Of a DNA stretch of 64,000 nucleotides, positions 39,133-48,776 are shown piece after piece. Every line of letters begins with the position of its first letter. The stretch's first letter is position 1. Below the pieces are notes generated by a model, which searched no databases, had not been told where the DNA came from, and saw only the letters and a program-made list of their open reading frames with translations. This DNA comes from an uncultured Candidatus Rokubacteria bacterium (GTDB taxonomy: Bacteria; Methylomirabilota; Methylomirabilia; Rokubacteriales; CSP1-6), in assembly GCA_963840495.1 (NCBI GenBank), contig CAWIZN010000033.1, forward strand, positions 12,049 through 76,048, read 5' to 3'. Made by a program: the position numbers and the translations under genes.

Positions 39133-40821
39133 TCACGCGGCGCGGATGACGCGGCCGGCGCCCGAGACCGCGGCCGGCTCGGGCAGGCGCCCGTCGGAGA
39201 TGATCGACCGGCCGTTCACGAACGACCACTGAATCCCGCTGGCGCGCGAGATGTAGCGCGGGCCCCCGTCCGGCATGTCGTGGACGATCTCTTCCTCGTG
39301 GCAGGCGATGGTCTTCGGATCGAAGACCGTGATGTCCGCGGCGAGCCCGGGCGCGAGCCGGCCGCGATCGGGGATGCCGAAGATCTCGGCGGGCGCGCTG
39401 GTGATGAGGCGCACCGCGGCCTCGACCGACAGGGCCTGGCGCTCGCGCACCCAGGTCCCGAGGAGCTCGCTCGTCTGGCCGGCCTCCGAGAACATCGTGA
39501 TGTGGGCGCCCGCGTCCGACAGCCCGAGCACCGCGCGCGGGTGCGTGAAGATCTCGGCCACCGCGCCGGCATCGGTGTTCATGGTGGCCGTCTGGAACTC
39601 GGTCCGGAAATCGTCCTCGAGGGCCAGGTCGAAGAAGGCGTCGACCACGTCCTTGCCCATGTCCCGGGCCACCTCGACGATGGTGCGGCCTTCGAGCGCC
39701 TGGAGCTCGGGCTTGACCGCGCGCTTGACCCGCAAGGGGGCGACGTCGCCGTTGAACAGCGCGGTGCGGCTGACGTTCTGCCGGAACTCCGCGCGGAAGG
39801 CCGGGTCGGCGAAGATCGCGCGCCACTCGGAGGGCTTGGCCTCGAGCACGCGCCGCCAGGCCTTGTAGCGCCCGAACACGAAGCCGTTCATCAGGGTGAA
39901 GGTCGAGGTCAGCGGCGAGCACGTGCCCTGCGGGTGCAGGTGCAGGCCCTCGCGCCAGGCCGCGTCCACCCTGGCGAGGATCTGGCGGTGCTCGTCGGGC
40001 CGGACGGGGTTGTGGCGCACCGAGACCATCGTGACCGGCCGCCGGGCGGCGCGGGCGAGCTCCATGTAGCGATCGACCTCGGCCACGCGGTCGGCCCGGC
40101 TGCCGCCGATGGTGAGCTCGACGATGCCGCGGCCGGTCGAGCCCATCACGCCGGCCAGGTATTCGAGCTCGTGGTCCGTGCCGAGCCGACTGGGCACGGG
40201 CCGCCCGCGGTCACCCACGTGGTTCATATTGGTCGTCGACGAAAAGCCGATGGCCCCGTCACCCATCGCCCGCCGCACTTCATCCCCCATCCGCGTCAGC
40301 TCGTCATCCGTCGCTTCGCGCTCCCACGCCGCGTCGCCCATGACGAACTGGCGGACCGCGGAGTGGCCGATGAACGGGGCCACGTTCACCCAGAGGGGGA
40401 GGCGGTCGATCGCGTCCAGGTACTCGCGGAAGGTCTCGAACTCCCACTGGATTCCCTTCTGCATCGCCTCGAGCGACATGCCCTCGACGTACTCGAGCAT
40501 CTTCATCAGGGTCAGGCGATCCTGGGGCCGGCAGGGGGCCATGGTGAAGCCGCAGTTGCCGGTGACGATGGTCGTGACCCCGTGCCACGAGGTGCACGAC
40601 GCGCTCGGGTCCCAGGTGAGCTGGGCGTCGTAGTGCGTGTGCGGGTCGATGAACCCGGGCGCCACGACGAGATCGCGCGCGTCGACCTCTCGCGTGCCCC
40701 GGCCGGTCACCGTGCCGACCTCGGCGATGCGGCCGCCGGAGACGGCGAGGTCGCCGGTGTGTCCGGGGGCACCGGTGCCGTCGACGATGAAGCCACCGCG
40801 GATCACGAGGTCGTGCGCCAT
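39133..40821 (-). CDS. N-acyl-D-amino-acid deacylase (D-aminoacylase) family amidohydrolase
   Basis: 562 aa. PGFIDPHTHYD metal-binding motif, ..GNCGF.. and the family-typical C-terminal domain. Confidence 0.7.
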   Translation of the reverse strand: MAHDLVIRGGFIVDGTGAPGHTGDLAVSGGRIAEVGTVTGRGTREVDARDLVVAPGFIDPHTHYDAQLTWDPSASCTSWHGVTTIVTGNCGFTMAPCRPQDRLTLMKMLEYVEGMSLEAMQKGIQWEFETFREYLDAIDRLPLWVNVAPFIGHSAVRQFVMGDAAWEREATDDELTRMGDEVRRAMGDGAIGFSSTTNMNHVGDRGRPVPSRLGTDHELEYLAGVMGSTGRGIVELTIGGSRADRVAEVDRYMELARAARRPVTMVSVRHNPVRPDEHRQILARVDAAWREGLHLHPQGTCSPLTSTFTLMNGFVFGRYKAWRRVLEAKPSEWRAIFADPAFRAEFRQNVSRTALFNGDVAPLRVKRAVKPELQALEGRTIVEVARDMGKDVVDAFFDLALEDDFRTEFQTATMNTDAGAVAEIFTHPRAVLGLSDAGAHITMFSEAGQTSELLGTWVRERQALSVEAAVRLITSAPAEIFGIPDRGRLAPGLAADITVFDPKTIACHEEEIVHDMPDGGPRYISRASGIQWSFVNGRSIISDGRLPEPAAVSGAGRVIRAA

Positions 40822-40899
40822 GAGAACGCCTCCTTTGGTCCCTGCTGTCGCGAGAGATGGGGCTCACCCGAGCCACGAGGCAGTATAATCCCGGCCCAT

Positions 40900-41829
40900 A
40901 TGGAAGACATCTACTGCTTCGCCGGCAATTCGCTCGACCGGGTCAGCGCCCGCCGGAATGACGACAAGTGGATCGCCACGCTGCTGGCGGACCCCGGGAC
41001 GCGGCTCCTCGCCCTGCGCGACCTGAAGCCGCTCGTGCGCGGCCCGGAAAAGCCGGCGCTCGATTGGCAGCCGGCGGCCTCGTGGCGCGGGCAGATCGAG
41101 GCGGGCGCCATCCTGATCCTGCTCGGCATCGACGACGACGGGCGCGCGCACTTCGCGATCGACGCGAGCGGCGCCAGCACCGCGCCGGACATCGACACCG
41201 AGCTGATCGACGTGCGCACCCTCGCCCCGACGATCCCGACCGGCGAGGCGGCGATCCTCGCCGAGGCCCGCTCGCTGATCGACTGGCACACGCGGCATCG
41301 CTTCTGCGCCCAGTGCGGATCGCCGACGCGAGTGGCGTCGGCCGGCTGGGTGCGGCGCTGCCCCGATTGCCGCGCGTCGCACTTCCCGCGCACCGATCCG
41401 GTCGTCATCATGCTCGCGGTCCGCGGTGACCGCGCCCTGCTCGGCCGCAACCGCCAGCGCCCGGGCGGCCGCTTCTCCTGCCTCGCGGGCTTCGTGGAGC
41501 CGGGCGAGACGCTGGAAGAGGCCGTGCGCCGCGAGGTCCACGAGGAGGCCGGCATCCGCTGCGGGCGGGTGCGGTACCTGGCCGCGCAGCCCTGGCCGTT
41601 CCCGTCGAGCCTCATGATGGGGTTCCTCGCCGAGGCGCTGACCGAGGAGATCACCGTCGACCCCGAGGAGATCGCCGAGGCGCGCTGGTTCCACAGGGAC
41701 GAGATGCGCGAGATGGTGGCACGCGCCGCGACGGGCCCCGACGATCCGACGAAGGTGTCGCTGCCGGCGCCGATCGCCATCGCCCACCACATCTGCCGCC
41801 GCTGGGCCACCGGGCTCGACAACATCTGA
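40900..41829 (+). CDS. nudC: NAD+ diphosphatase (NADH pyrophosphatase), Nudix family with zinc ribbon
   Basis: CAQCGSPT..CPDC zinc ribbon, Nudix box GFVEPGETLEEAVRREVHEEAGI, and the NudC-specific SQPWPFPSS motif. TATAAT at 40884..40889 lies upstream. Confidence 0.75.
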   Translation: MEDIYCFAGNSLDRVSARRNDDKWIATLLADPGTRLLALRDLKPLVRGPEKPALDWQPAASWRGQIEAGAILILLGIDDDGRAHFAIDASGASTAPDIDTELIDVRTLAPTIPTGEAAILAEARSLIDWHTRHRFCAQCGSPTRVASAGWVRRCPDCRASHFPRTDPVVIMLAVRGDRALLGRNRQRPGGRFSCLAGFVEPGETLEEAVRREVHEEAGIRCGRVRYLAAQPWPFPSSLMMGFLAEALTEEITVDPEEIAEARWFHRDEMREMVARAATGPDDPTKVSLPAPIAIAHHICRRWATGLDNI

Positions 41830-41841
41830 TCCCGGCCGGCT

Positions 41842-42003
41842 AGCAGCCTGTCGGAGAAACGGTGCCCTCGGCTAGCAGGCGATGAGAAGGGTCCAGATGC
41901 GAGGCGGCGCCCGAAGGCTGCCGTCGAGGCGTAGTCTCTGTACGTTGAGCCGGCTGCTCGAGGGCGCCAACGAAGCAGATGGGCCCTTATCATCGCTCTA
42001 GGC
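41842..42003. mobile_element. MITE-like element copy C between the nudC and amidase 3' ends
   Basis: ..agcagcctgtcggagaaac..ggctagcaggcgatgagaagggtccagatgcgagg .. cagatgggcccttatcatcgctctagg. The termini are inverted repeats (agcgatgataagggcccatctgc vs ggcgatgagaagggtccagatgc). Confidence 0.55.
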
Positions 42004-42019
42004 GCGGCGGCCGGCGCTG

Positions 42020-43420
42020 CTACGATACGGGCGGGTGCCGGTGGTGCCAGTCGGTGAGGGCCTGGTAGGCGCGGGCCGCGGCGAGGATGGTGTTCTCCTC
42101 CCAGGCGCGGCCCATCAACTGCAGGCTCGTGGGCAGGCCGCGGTCGCCGAAGCCATTGGGCACGATCACCGCGGGGAGGCCGGCGCCATTGCCGACGGCG
42201 CCCATGACGTCGGGGGCCGATCCGCCGAGCGCGCTCCTGAAGTCGCGGTCGAGCGGCGGCGCGACGGTGGGGCGCCCGGGCGCCACCAGCGCGTCGAAGC
42301 GCCTGAGCAGGGCATCGGCCTCGCGCGCCATCACACGGCGCAGCCGCAGCGCCTTCATGTAGTCCTTCGCGAGGATGGCGTCGCGCGCGTACGCGGTGTA
42401 GTGATCCTCCGGCGCCGTCAGCTCCGCGATCGCGCCGCTCTCGATCAGCTCCTCGAAGGCGCTCGCCGCCTCGACGTGCAGGATGGTGCGCGTGATGATC
42501 TCCCAGGGCAGATCCGGCAGGTGGACCTCCTCGACCGTGCCGATCCGGCGAAGCACCTCGAGCGAGGCCTCGAAATTGGCGCGCACCGCCTCGTCGCACC
42601 CCGCACTCACGTTTTCGAGCACGCCGAAGCGAAAGCGCTGGGGCGCGGCGTCCCCGCCCGCGTAGCGAAACGGCCGCGCCGTCGTGGTGGGATCGGCCGC
42701 GTCGGGACCGGCGATGGCGTCGAGCACGAGGCCGCAATCATCCGCGGTGAGGGCGATCGGGCCCAGCTTGTCGAGCGTCCAGCACAGCGCCATGGCGCCG
42801 TGGCGGCTGACGCGGCCGTAGCTCGGCCGGAGGCCGGCGATGCCGCAATAGCCCGCGGGCCCGAGAATCGACCCCCACGTTTCCGAGCCGATGGCGAACG
42901 GCACGAGACCCGCCGAGACGGCCGAGCCCGAGCCACTCGACGAGCCCCCGCTCCAGGCGTCGAGATTCCACGGATTGATGCCGGGTCCGGTGAACGAGGC
43001 ATGAGGCTGGCGATAGCCCATGCCGCCCGCCAGCTCCACCATGGCCAGCTTGGCGCAGAGGACGGCGCCCGCCGCCTCGAGCTTCCTGATGACGGTGGCG
43101 TCCTCGTCGAAGCGCTGGTCCTTCAGCGGCGCCGCGCCCCAGGAGGTCGGGATGCCTTCGGACGTCGCGAGCAGGTCCTTGGCGCCATACGGAATGCCGT
43201 GGAGCGGGCCGAAGTCGCGGCCGGCCGCAAGCTCCCGCTCGGCGCGCCGCGCCTGGTCCATCGCGCGCTCGCGCGTGAGCGTGACGACGGCATTGTAGCG
43301 GGGGCCGAGCGTCTCGAGCCGATGGAGGAACGTCTCGGCGAGCTGGACCGGCGACACCGCGCCCGCGCGGATCATTCCCCCGAGCTGGCGAAGCGGGACG
43401 AAGACCGGCTCGTCGCTCAC
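42020..43420 (-). CDS. Amidase-signature family amidase (GatA/AtzE-like)
   Basis: GTG start (cac 43418..43420). GGSSSGSG amidase-signature motif with the K..S..S catalytic region. 466 aa. Confidence 0.7.
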   Translation of the reverse strand: MSDEPVFVPLRQLGGMIRAGAVSPVQLAETFLHRLETLGPRYNAVVTLTRERAMDQARRAERELAAGRDFGPLHGIPYGAKDLLATSEGIPTSWGAAPLKDQRFDEDATVIRKLEAAGAVLCAKLAMVELAGGMGYRQPHASFTGPGINPWNLDAWSGGSSSGSGSAVSAGLVPFAIGSETWGSILGPAGYCGIAGLRPSYGRVSRHGAMALCWTLDKLGPIALTADDCGLVLDAIAGPDAADPTTTARPFRYAGGDAAPQRFRFGVLENVSAGCDEAVRANFEASLEVLRRIGTVEEVHLPDLPWEIITRTILHVEAASAFEELIESGAIAELTAPEDHYTAYARDAILAKDYMKALRLRRVMAREADALLRRFDALVAPGRPTVAPPLDRDFRSALGGSAPDVMGAVGNGAGLPAVIVPNGFGDRGLPTSLQLMGRAWEENTILAAARAYQALTDWHHRHPPVS

Positions 43421-43422
43421 GA

Positions 43423-43636
43423 GCAGCCTGTCGGAGAAACCCAGCTAGAGCGATGAGAAGGGTCCAGCTGCGAGGCGGCGCCCGATGGCCGCACGCGAGG
43501 CGTACTCGCGTAGGGGGAGTGCGGGGCCATGTCTGGGCCCCGCAGACGAAAGTTCGTCGGCCCGCTTGTCTCGCGCGTTACGTGGCACGGCGGCGAGGGA
43601 CGCCGTACCTCCGCAGATGGGCCCTTATCATCGCTC
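43423..43636. mobile_element. MITE-like element copy D (long subfamily) inserted between the small AtzG/GatC-like gene and the amidase gene
   Basis: gagcagcctgtcggagaaac..gagcgatgagaagggtccagctgcgagg ... cctccgcagatgggcccttatcatcgctc. It is a near-identical inverted copy of element E at 52771. Confidence 0.6.
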
Positions 43637-43880
43637 AGTCGGCCCGGAACGGGACGAAGGGCTGCATCGGCTCGTCGGAATTCGCGAGCTTCACGGCGCG
43701 CAGCGCGCGGGCACCGGTCACGACAGCCTCGATGCCCTTGCGCACGTCCTCGAGCTGCGCGGGTGTGAGGCGAGCGCCGTAGCGCTCGGCGACCATGGCG
43801 AAGAGGCGATCGACTTCGTTCGATCCGAGACCGGATTCTTCCATGCGCTGAGTGACTCGTCCTCGCTCGCAGCGGCACAT
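43635..43880 (-). CDS. Small GatC/AtzG-like (DUF4089-like) protein, 81 aa, likely partner of the downstream amidase
   Basis: ATG 43880 lies 7 nt after the ADH stop. ..LTPAQLEDVRKGIEAVVTGARALRAVKLANSDEPMQPFVPF.. fits the pattern of GatC-like helper subunits found with AtzE-type amidases. Family assignment is from memory. Confidence 0.4.
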   Translation of the reverse strand: MCRCERGRVTQRMEESGLGSNEVDRLFAMVAERYGARLTPAQLEDVRKGIEAVVTGARALRAVKLANSDEPMQPFVPFRAD

Positions 43881-43887
43881 GCGCGCC

Positions 43888-44913
43888 TCAGCCGAGGTCG
43901 ACCAGCACCTTCATCACGGGCCCGCCCGCGAGGGCTTCCTCCATGCCTTTCTGGAGATCCTCGAGCGGGATGCGGCGGCTCACGAGCGGACCGACGGGGA
44001 CGGCGCCCGTCGACGCCAGGCGGATGGCCTCCTCCCAGTCGGATCGCGCGTAGAGGCGGCTGCCGTGCATGGTGAGCTCACGGGCGAACATCGGATAGAG
44101 GTTCACGAGCATGGGCTCGGCGTGGATGGCCACGACGCTGATGGCGCCCCAGACACGCACCACCTCGGTGATGAGACGCACCGCCGCGGCATTGCCCGTC
44201 ACCTCGAACGCGACGTCGGCGCCGTCGCCGCCGGTCCAGTCCTCGACCGTGCGGACCACGTCCCGGCCGGCGGCCCCCGGATCGGGACGGAAGACCTCGA
44301 GCCCGAAGCCCTTCAGGAGATCGATGCGGAAGGGGTTGACCTCCAGCACCAGCACGCGGGCGCCGCGGTGGCGGGCGACGAGCGCGATGAGACAGCCGAT
44401 GGGGCCGCCGCCGAAGACGACGACAGCGTCGCCCGCCTTGACCTGCGCGCGCGTCACGTCGTGAGTGGCGATGGCAAGAGGCTCCATCAGCGCCGCGTGA
44501 TCGTCGCTGAGCGTGTCGGGCACCTTGATGAGCCGCGCCGTGGGCACCGTCCAGTACTCCTGCATGCCACCGGGGACATCCACGCCCAGGACCTTGAGCT
44601 GATAGCAGATGTAGTCAGCGCCCATCCGGCAGGCGCGGCACTGGCCGCAGACCCGGAGCGGCTCGACGACGACGCGATCCCCCGCGGCGAAGCCGCTGCC
44701 CGCCGGCGCCTCGGCAACCTCGGCGAAGGTTTCGTGACCGATGATCCCGCCCTTGGGCACCCGATGATCGAGATGGCCCTGGTAGATGTGCAGGTCCGTG
44801 CCGCAAATGCCCACGCGGCGGACGCGCAGCAGCGCCTCGCCGGCCTGGGCCGTGGGCATCGTGGCGGGGGCCGTCTTGAAGGTCTGGTTGCCGTGGTAGT
44901 AGGACGCTCGCAT
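43888..44913 (-). CDS. Zinc-binding dehydrogenase (threonine/sorbitol dehydrogenase-like MDR)
   Basis: GHETFAEV catalytic Zn site, structural Zn CGQCRACRMGADYIC, NAD-binding GGGPIGCL. 341 aa. Confidence 0.7.
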   Translation of the reverse strand: MRASYYHGNQTFKTAPATMPTAQAGEALLRVRRVGICGTDLHIYQGHLDHRVPKGGIIGHETFAEVAEAPAGSGFAAGDRVVVEPLRVCGQCRACRMGADYICYQLKVLGVDVPGGMQEYWTVPTARLIKVPDTLSDDHAALMEPLAIATHDVTRAQVKAGDAVVVFGGGPIGCLIALVARHRGARVLVLEVNPFRIDLLKGFGLEVFRPDPGAAGRDVVRTVEDWTGGDGADVAFEVTGNAAAVRLITEVVRVWGAISVVAIHAEPMLVNLYPMFARELTMHGSRLYARSDWEEAIRLASTGAVPVGPLVSRRIPLEDLQKGMEEALAGGPVMKVLVDLG

Positions 44914-45000
44914 GGTGCCTCTCCTCGACCGATGTCGCTGCCGTCAGTCCGCTCGAGGCCATGAGCGCATCACGGCGAGGCGCCGACTCGGATCAGCGCA

Positions 45001-45783
45001 TCACGGAGGCCACTCGATAGGAGGCTCTTGCTCCCCCTCCTCACCCATCACCAATGCTTCATAGGATCGCACGACTTCCTTCGACGGACCCAGCGCCGCC
45101 ATGCGACCGTTGACGATCAGGGCCGCGCGATCGCACCGGTTCTCGATGAACTGGAGGTTGTGGGAGGCGACCAGGTAGGTGCAGCCCGTCCTCCGCCCTT
45201 TCTTGAGCCGTTTGAGGCACTTCCGCCGGAAATGCTCGTCCCCCGCGGCCAGGACCTCGTCGATCAGGAAGACGTCGGGCGTGACCTCGAGCGCGATGGA
45301 GAATCCCAGCCGGACCTGCATGCCCGACGAGTAGTTCTTGACCGGCACGTCGATGAACTGGCCGAGCTCGGCGAATTCGATGATGCTCGATTCGAGCGCG
45401 CGGATCTCTCGCGTCGTGAACCCGAAGAGCGCGGCGCCCAGGTAGATGTTCTCGCGGCCGGTCAGCTCCTGGTGGAAGCCAACGCCCAACCCGAGCAGAG
45501 GGGCCACGCGCCCCCGGACGCGAATGGCCCCGGCCGTCGGCTGGAATATGCCCGCGACGATCCGGAGGAGGGTCGACTTGCCCGCGCCATTGGCCCCGAT
45601 GAGCCCGAACATCTCACCGGCCTCCACGGCGAAGCTGATGTCGTGCAGCGCCCAGAACTGCTCCCGGGCCTCGCGCAGGTGAGGGCGGAGCAGCCCGAGC
45701 GCTCGTTCCTTCAGGAGGTATTGGCGGTTCGTGCGCAGGACGAAGGCTTTGCTGACACCGGCGCACTCGATCACCGGAGCCAT
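45001..45783 (-). CDS. ABC transporter ATP-binding protein of polysaccharide/O-antigen exporter (Wzt/TagH-like)
   Basis: Walker A GANGAGKST, signature YSSGMQVRLGFSIAL, Walker B FLIDEVLAAGD. Confidence 0.7.
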   Translation of the reverse strand: MAPVIECAGVSKAFVLRTNRQYLLKERALGLLRPHLREAREQFWALHDISFAVEAGEMFGLIGANGAGKSTLLRIVAGIFQPTAGAIRVRGRVAPLLGLGVGFHQELTGRENIYLGAALFGFTTREIRALESSIIEFAELGQFIDVPVKNYSSGMQVRLGFSIALEVTPDVFLIDEVLAAGDEHFRRKCLKRLKKGRRTGCTYLVASHNLQFIENRCDRAALIVNGRMAALGPSKEVVRSYEALVMGEEGEQEPPIEWPP

Positions 45784-46577
45784 CAGAGCTCCTCGGCGAA
45801 GCGCGGCTGATAGCGGATGAACACCAACAGGCTCGAGCCCAACGCGATGGACACCCAGAGCGCCATCAGCCCGAGCTGGGCTGCCGACGGCGCCTGGCCG
45901 TCGAGGACGGCCGTCCGCACGACGCCGATGAACGGGGTCAACGGGTTCGCCCAGATGACGGCCTGCAGGAACGGTGGGGCCATCTGCGGCGAGTAGAAGA
46001 CGGGCGTCGCCCAGAAGAGCATCGGGAGGGCGACGTCAAGGATGTCGCGCGTATCCCTGAAGAAGACCCCCGCCGTGGCGATCCAGAACGCCGTGGCCAG
46101 CGTGAACACCGTGAAGGCCACGATCGCGCCCGCCATCCAGAAGAGGTGCCACGAGATCTTCCCTCCCCACAAGGCGATCAACAGCGGCAGGGCGATGCCC
46201 ACCGCGATGAGATGGTTGAACAGGTGGTAGAGCACCTTGGTGAGCGGCAAGATCTCCAGCGGAAACAGGGCTCGCTTCACCATGGAATCGCTCTCGATGA
46301 TGCACGTGGCCGCCGAGGAGATCGACCGAGAGAAGAACGTCCACATCAGGAATCCGAGCAGGAAGAAGCCGAGAAAGTCCGGGATCGCCACGCGGAAGAT
46401 ATGCCGGAAGATGACGAAGTACACGACGATGGTGAACAGCGGGTTCATCAGCGTCCAGCCGATCCCCAGGTACGTGCCCCGCGACTTGGTCTTGATCTCC
46501 CGGAGCACCAGGTACTTGAGGAGCGTGCGATAGGCGAACACCCACCGCAACCGGGCCGCGGGCGACGTGGCGGTCAC
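45783..46577 (-). CDS. ABC-2 type transporter permease (Wzm-like). Start set at GTG 46577.
   Basis: ..LLKYLVLREIKTKSRGTYLGIGWTLMNPL.. ABC-2 N-terminal motif and 6 TM segments. 1-nt overlap with the downstream ATPase gene. The region around the start contains 17-bp direct repeats. Confidence 0.6.
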   Translation of the reverse strand: MTATSPAARLRWVFAYRTLLKYLVLREIKTKSRGTYLGIGWTLMNPLFTIVVYFVIFRHIFRVAIPDFLGFFLLGFLMWTFFSRSISSAATCIIESDSMVKRALFPLEILPLTKVLYHLFNHLIAVGIALPLLIALWGGKISWHLFWMAGAIVAFTVFTLATAFWIATAGVFFRDTRDILDVALPMLFWATPVFYSPQMAPPFLQAVIWANPLTPFIGVVRTAVLDGQAPSAAQLGLMALWVSIALGSSLLVFIRYQPRFAEEL

Positions 46578-46635
46578 GGGTGCAGTCCTCGGACCTCGGG
46601 CCGCGGGCGACGTGGCGATCGGCGCGAAGAAGCCC

Positions 46636-47628
46636 TCACTCGGGAGCCTCGGTCCGCGCCGCGGCCGCTCCCCGCCCCGGGCTCCGCTCCCCGAGCCGGC
46701 CTCTCGCAAAGTCGACCACTCCGCTGGCGAGGGCCCGGAGGAACTCGGGCCGGCCCCGCAGGCACGCGAGCACGGTAAAGAAACCCACCCAGCGCACGAG
46801 GAAGTTCGGCACGATCCCAATCCAGTGATACCAGGTCCCGTGCCGGCGCATGACCTCGAGCAGGTTCCGGGTGCTGTAGTAGATGCTCCGGGACAGACGG
46901 TCGCTGTCGGCCACTGCATGGTGCACCCGGGCCCGCGGCACGACCAGAACGCTGAAGCCGGCATTCCTGGCCCGGAGCGAAAAGTCGAGATCCTCGCAGT
47001 AGGCGAAGAGGCGGGCGTCGAGAGAGCCAACGCTCCGGACCACCGCCGGTCTGATGAGCATCGCACAGCCCGTGGCGTAGTCCACCTCCCGCGGTGAGCC
47101 GGGCCCTGCGATGTCCGATCTCCTCCGCGCCTGAACCGGAATGCCTGACCAGAGCGAGAACGACCCGCCCACGTACCAGGGCCGTGGCGGCTTGGTCATG
47201 GAGACGATATGAGGAGAGAGCAGCCCGGTTTCGGGCGAGTCGGCGGCGGCCTTGACCAGAAGATCGAGACACGACGATTCCACGACGGCGTCGTTGTTCA
47301 AGAGCAGGATGAAATCTGCACCGCAGGCCGCGGCCAGGGAAATGCCGCGGGCGCACCCCTCGGCAAACCCGAGGTTCCGAGCGGGGCGGTCAATCTCGAT
47401 GTCCAGCGAGGGGAGCCGCGCGGCCAGCGATCGACCCAGCGATTGAGCGTTGTCGATCAGGAAGACGGTCCTCTTGCCCGAGAAGGAGTCCCGGGACAGA
47501 GACTCCAAACACCGCATCGTCAACTCTTCAGGTCCCCAGTGCAAGACGATCACCGCGACATGCGGGATTGGGTTCGAGCCCCCTGCACCGCCGGGCCCGG
47601 GAGGGACGCGGGACGAGAGCGTGCTCAC
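46636..47628 (-). CDS. Family-2 glycosyltransferase
   Basis: ..VAVIVLHWGPEELTMRCLESL.., DNA.. (DXD-like LIDNAQ), ..LNNDAVV.., ..CAMLIRPAVV.. are typical GT2 (GT-A) signatures. Confidence 0.65.
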   Translation of the reverse strand: MSTLSSRVPPGPGGAGGSNPIPHVAVIVLHWGPEELTMRCLESLSRDSFSGKRTVFLIDNAQSLGRSLAARLPSLDIEIDRPARNLGFAEGCARGISLAAACGADFILLLNNDAVVESSCLDLLVKAAADSPETGLLSPHIVSMTKPPRPWYVGGSFSLWSGIPVQARRRSDIAGPGSPREVDYATGCAMLIRPAVVRSVGSLDARLFAYCEDLDFSLRARNAGFSVLVVPRARVHHAVADSDRLSRSIYYSTRNLLEVMRRHGTWYHWIGIVPNFLVRWVGFFTVLACLRGRPEFLRALASGVVDFARGRLGERSPGRGAAAARTEAPE

Positions 47629-47969
47629 GACCGGCCCGTCACGATGGCTCGACAGGCCGGCTGCTCACGCAGAGGTCTTGCATCAAGAAGAGCGTTCGCA
47701 AAGCACAATAGGCATTACAAAACCAGTAGCGACTGATCCCCGCAACGTTTCTGAGCAGGCCCGATGATCTCATCGATTTACGCCTCGCGCCAGCTTTTCC
47801 ACCGATGCGCGCCCGGCACCATTCCTCATCCTCACCCGCCGCGATTGATGAAGTCCAGGCCAGCCGAGCGTCGCGGTTGCGGGCGAGCGGATCGCGGCCT
47901 ATCATCGCCGTGCGCGCTCGCAGCGCGCGATCCGGCGCCGCCGGCGCCACCCCTCACCACGGAGGACCC

Positions 47970-48773
47970 ATGACCTACGGCGACGTCCTGTACGAGAAGA
48001 AGGGCGGCATCGCGTGGATCACCATCAACCGGCCCGAGGTGCGGAATGCGTTCCGGACGCGCACCGTCGCCGAGCTCACCGATGCCTTCATCGACGCCCG
48101 CTGGGATCCGTCGATCGGCGTCGTCGTGCTGACGGGTGCGGGCGACAAGGCGTTCTGCTCGGGCGGTGACCAGAAGGAGCGCGGCCAGGGCGGCTACGCC
48201 AAGGACGGTGCCGGGGGGACCGCGGCCGAGCGGCCGATGGACGTGGAAGCGCTTCACAACGCGATCCGCCACATCCCGAAGCCCGTCATCGCCATGGTCA
48301 ATGGGTTCGCCATCGGCGGCGGACACGTGCTTCACGTGCTCTGCGATCTCTCGATCGCCTCGGACACCGCCATCTTCGGCCAGACGGGCCCGCGCGTGGG
48401 CAGCGTGGACGCGGGCCATGGCACGGGGTTTCTCGCGCGCGTCGTGGGCGAGAAGAAGGCGCGCGAGATCTGGTACATGTGCCGGCAGTACGGGGCGCAG
48501 GAGGCGCTCGCGATGGGGCTCGTGAACAAGGTGGTGCCCCACAAGGACCTGCGCGCCGAGGTGGAGAAGTGGTGCGCCGAGCTGCTCGAGAAGAGCCCGA
48601 CCGCGCTCGCCCTCGCCAAGCAGTCGTTCAACGTCGATTCCGAGCAGCGGGCGGGTGTGGCCCAGTTCGCGGGCACCGCGCTCAACCTCTACTACCAGAC
48701 CGAAGAGGCCATGGAGGGGCGCAACGCCTTCGTGGAGAAGCGGCCGGTGAACTTCGGAAAATTCAGGACGTAG
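47970..48773 (+). CDS. MenB/BadI-family enoyl-CoA hydratase/isomerase (dihydroxynaphthoyl-CoA synthase / 2-ketocyclohexanecarboxyl-CoA hydrolase-like)
   Basis: ATG after GGAGGA. ..[16 protein letters not shown].. and ..[23 protein letters not shown].. closely match the MenB/BadI signature. Confidence 0.7.
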   Translation: MTYGDVLYEKKGGIAWITINRPEVRNAFRTRTVAELTDAFIDARWDPSIGVVVLTGAGDKAFCSGGDQKERGQGGYAKDGAGGTAAERPMDVEALHNAIRHIPKPVIAMVNGFAIGGGHVLHVLCDLSIASDTAIFGQTGPRVGSVDAGHGTGFLARVVGEKKAREIWYMCRQYGAQEALAMGLVNKVVPHKDLRAEVEKWCAELLEKSPTALALAKQSFNVDSEQRAGVAQFAGTALNLYYQTEEAMEGRNAFVEKRPVNFGKFRT

Positions 48774-48776
48774 GGA

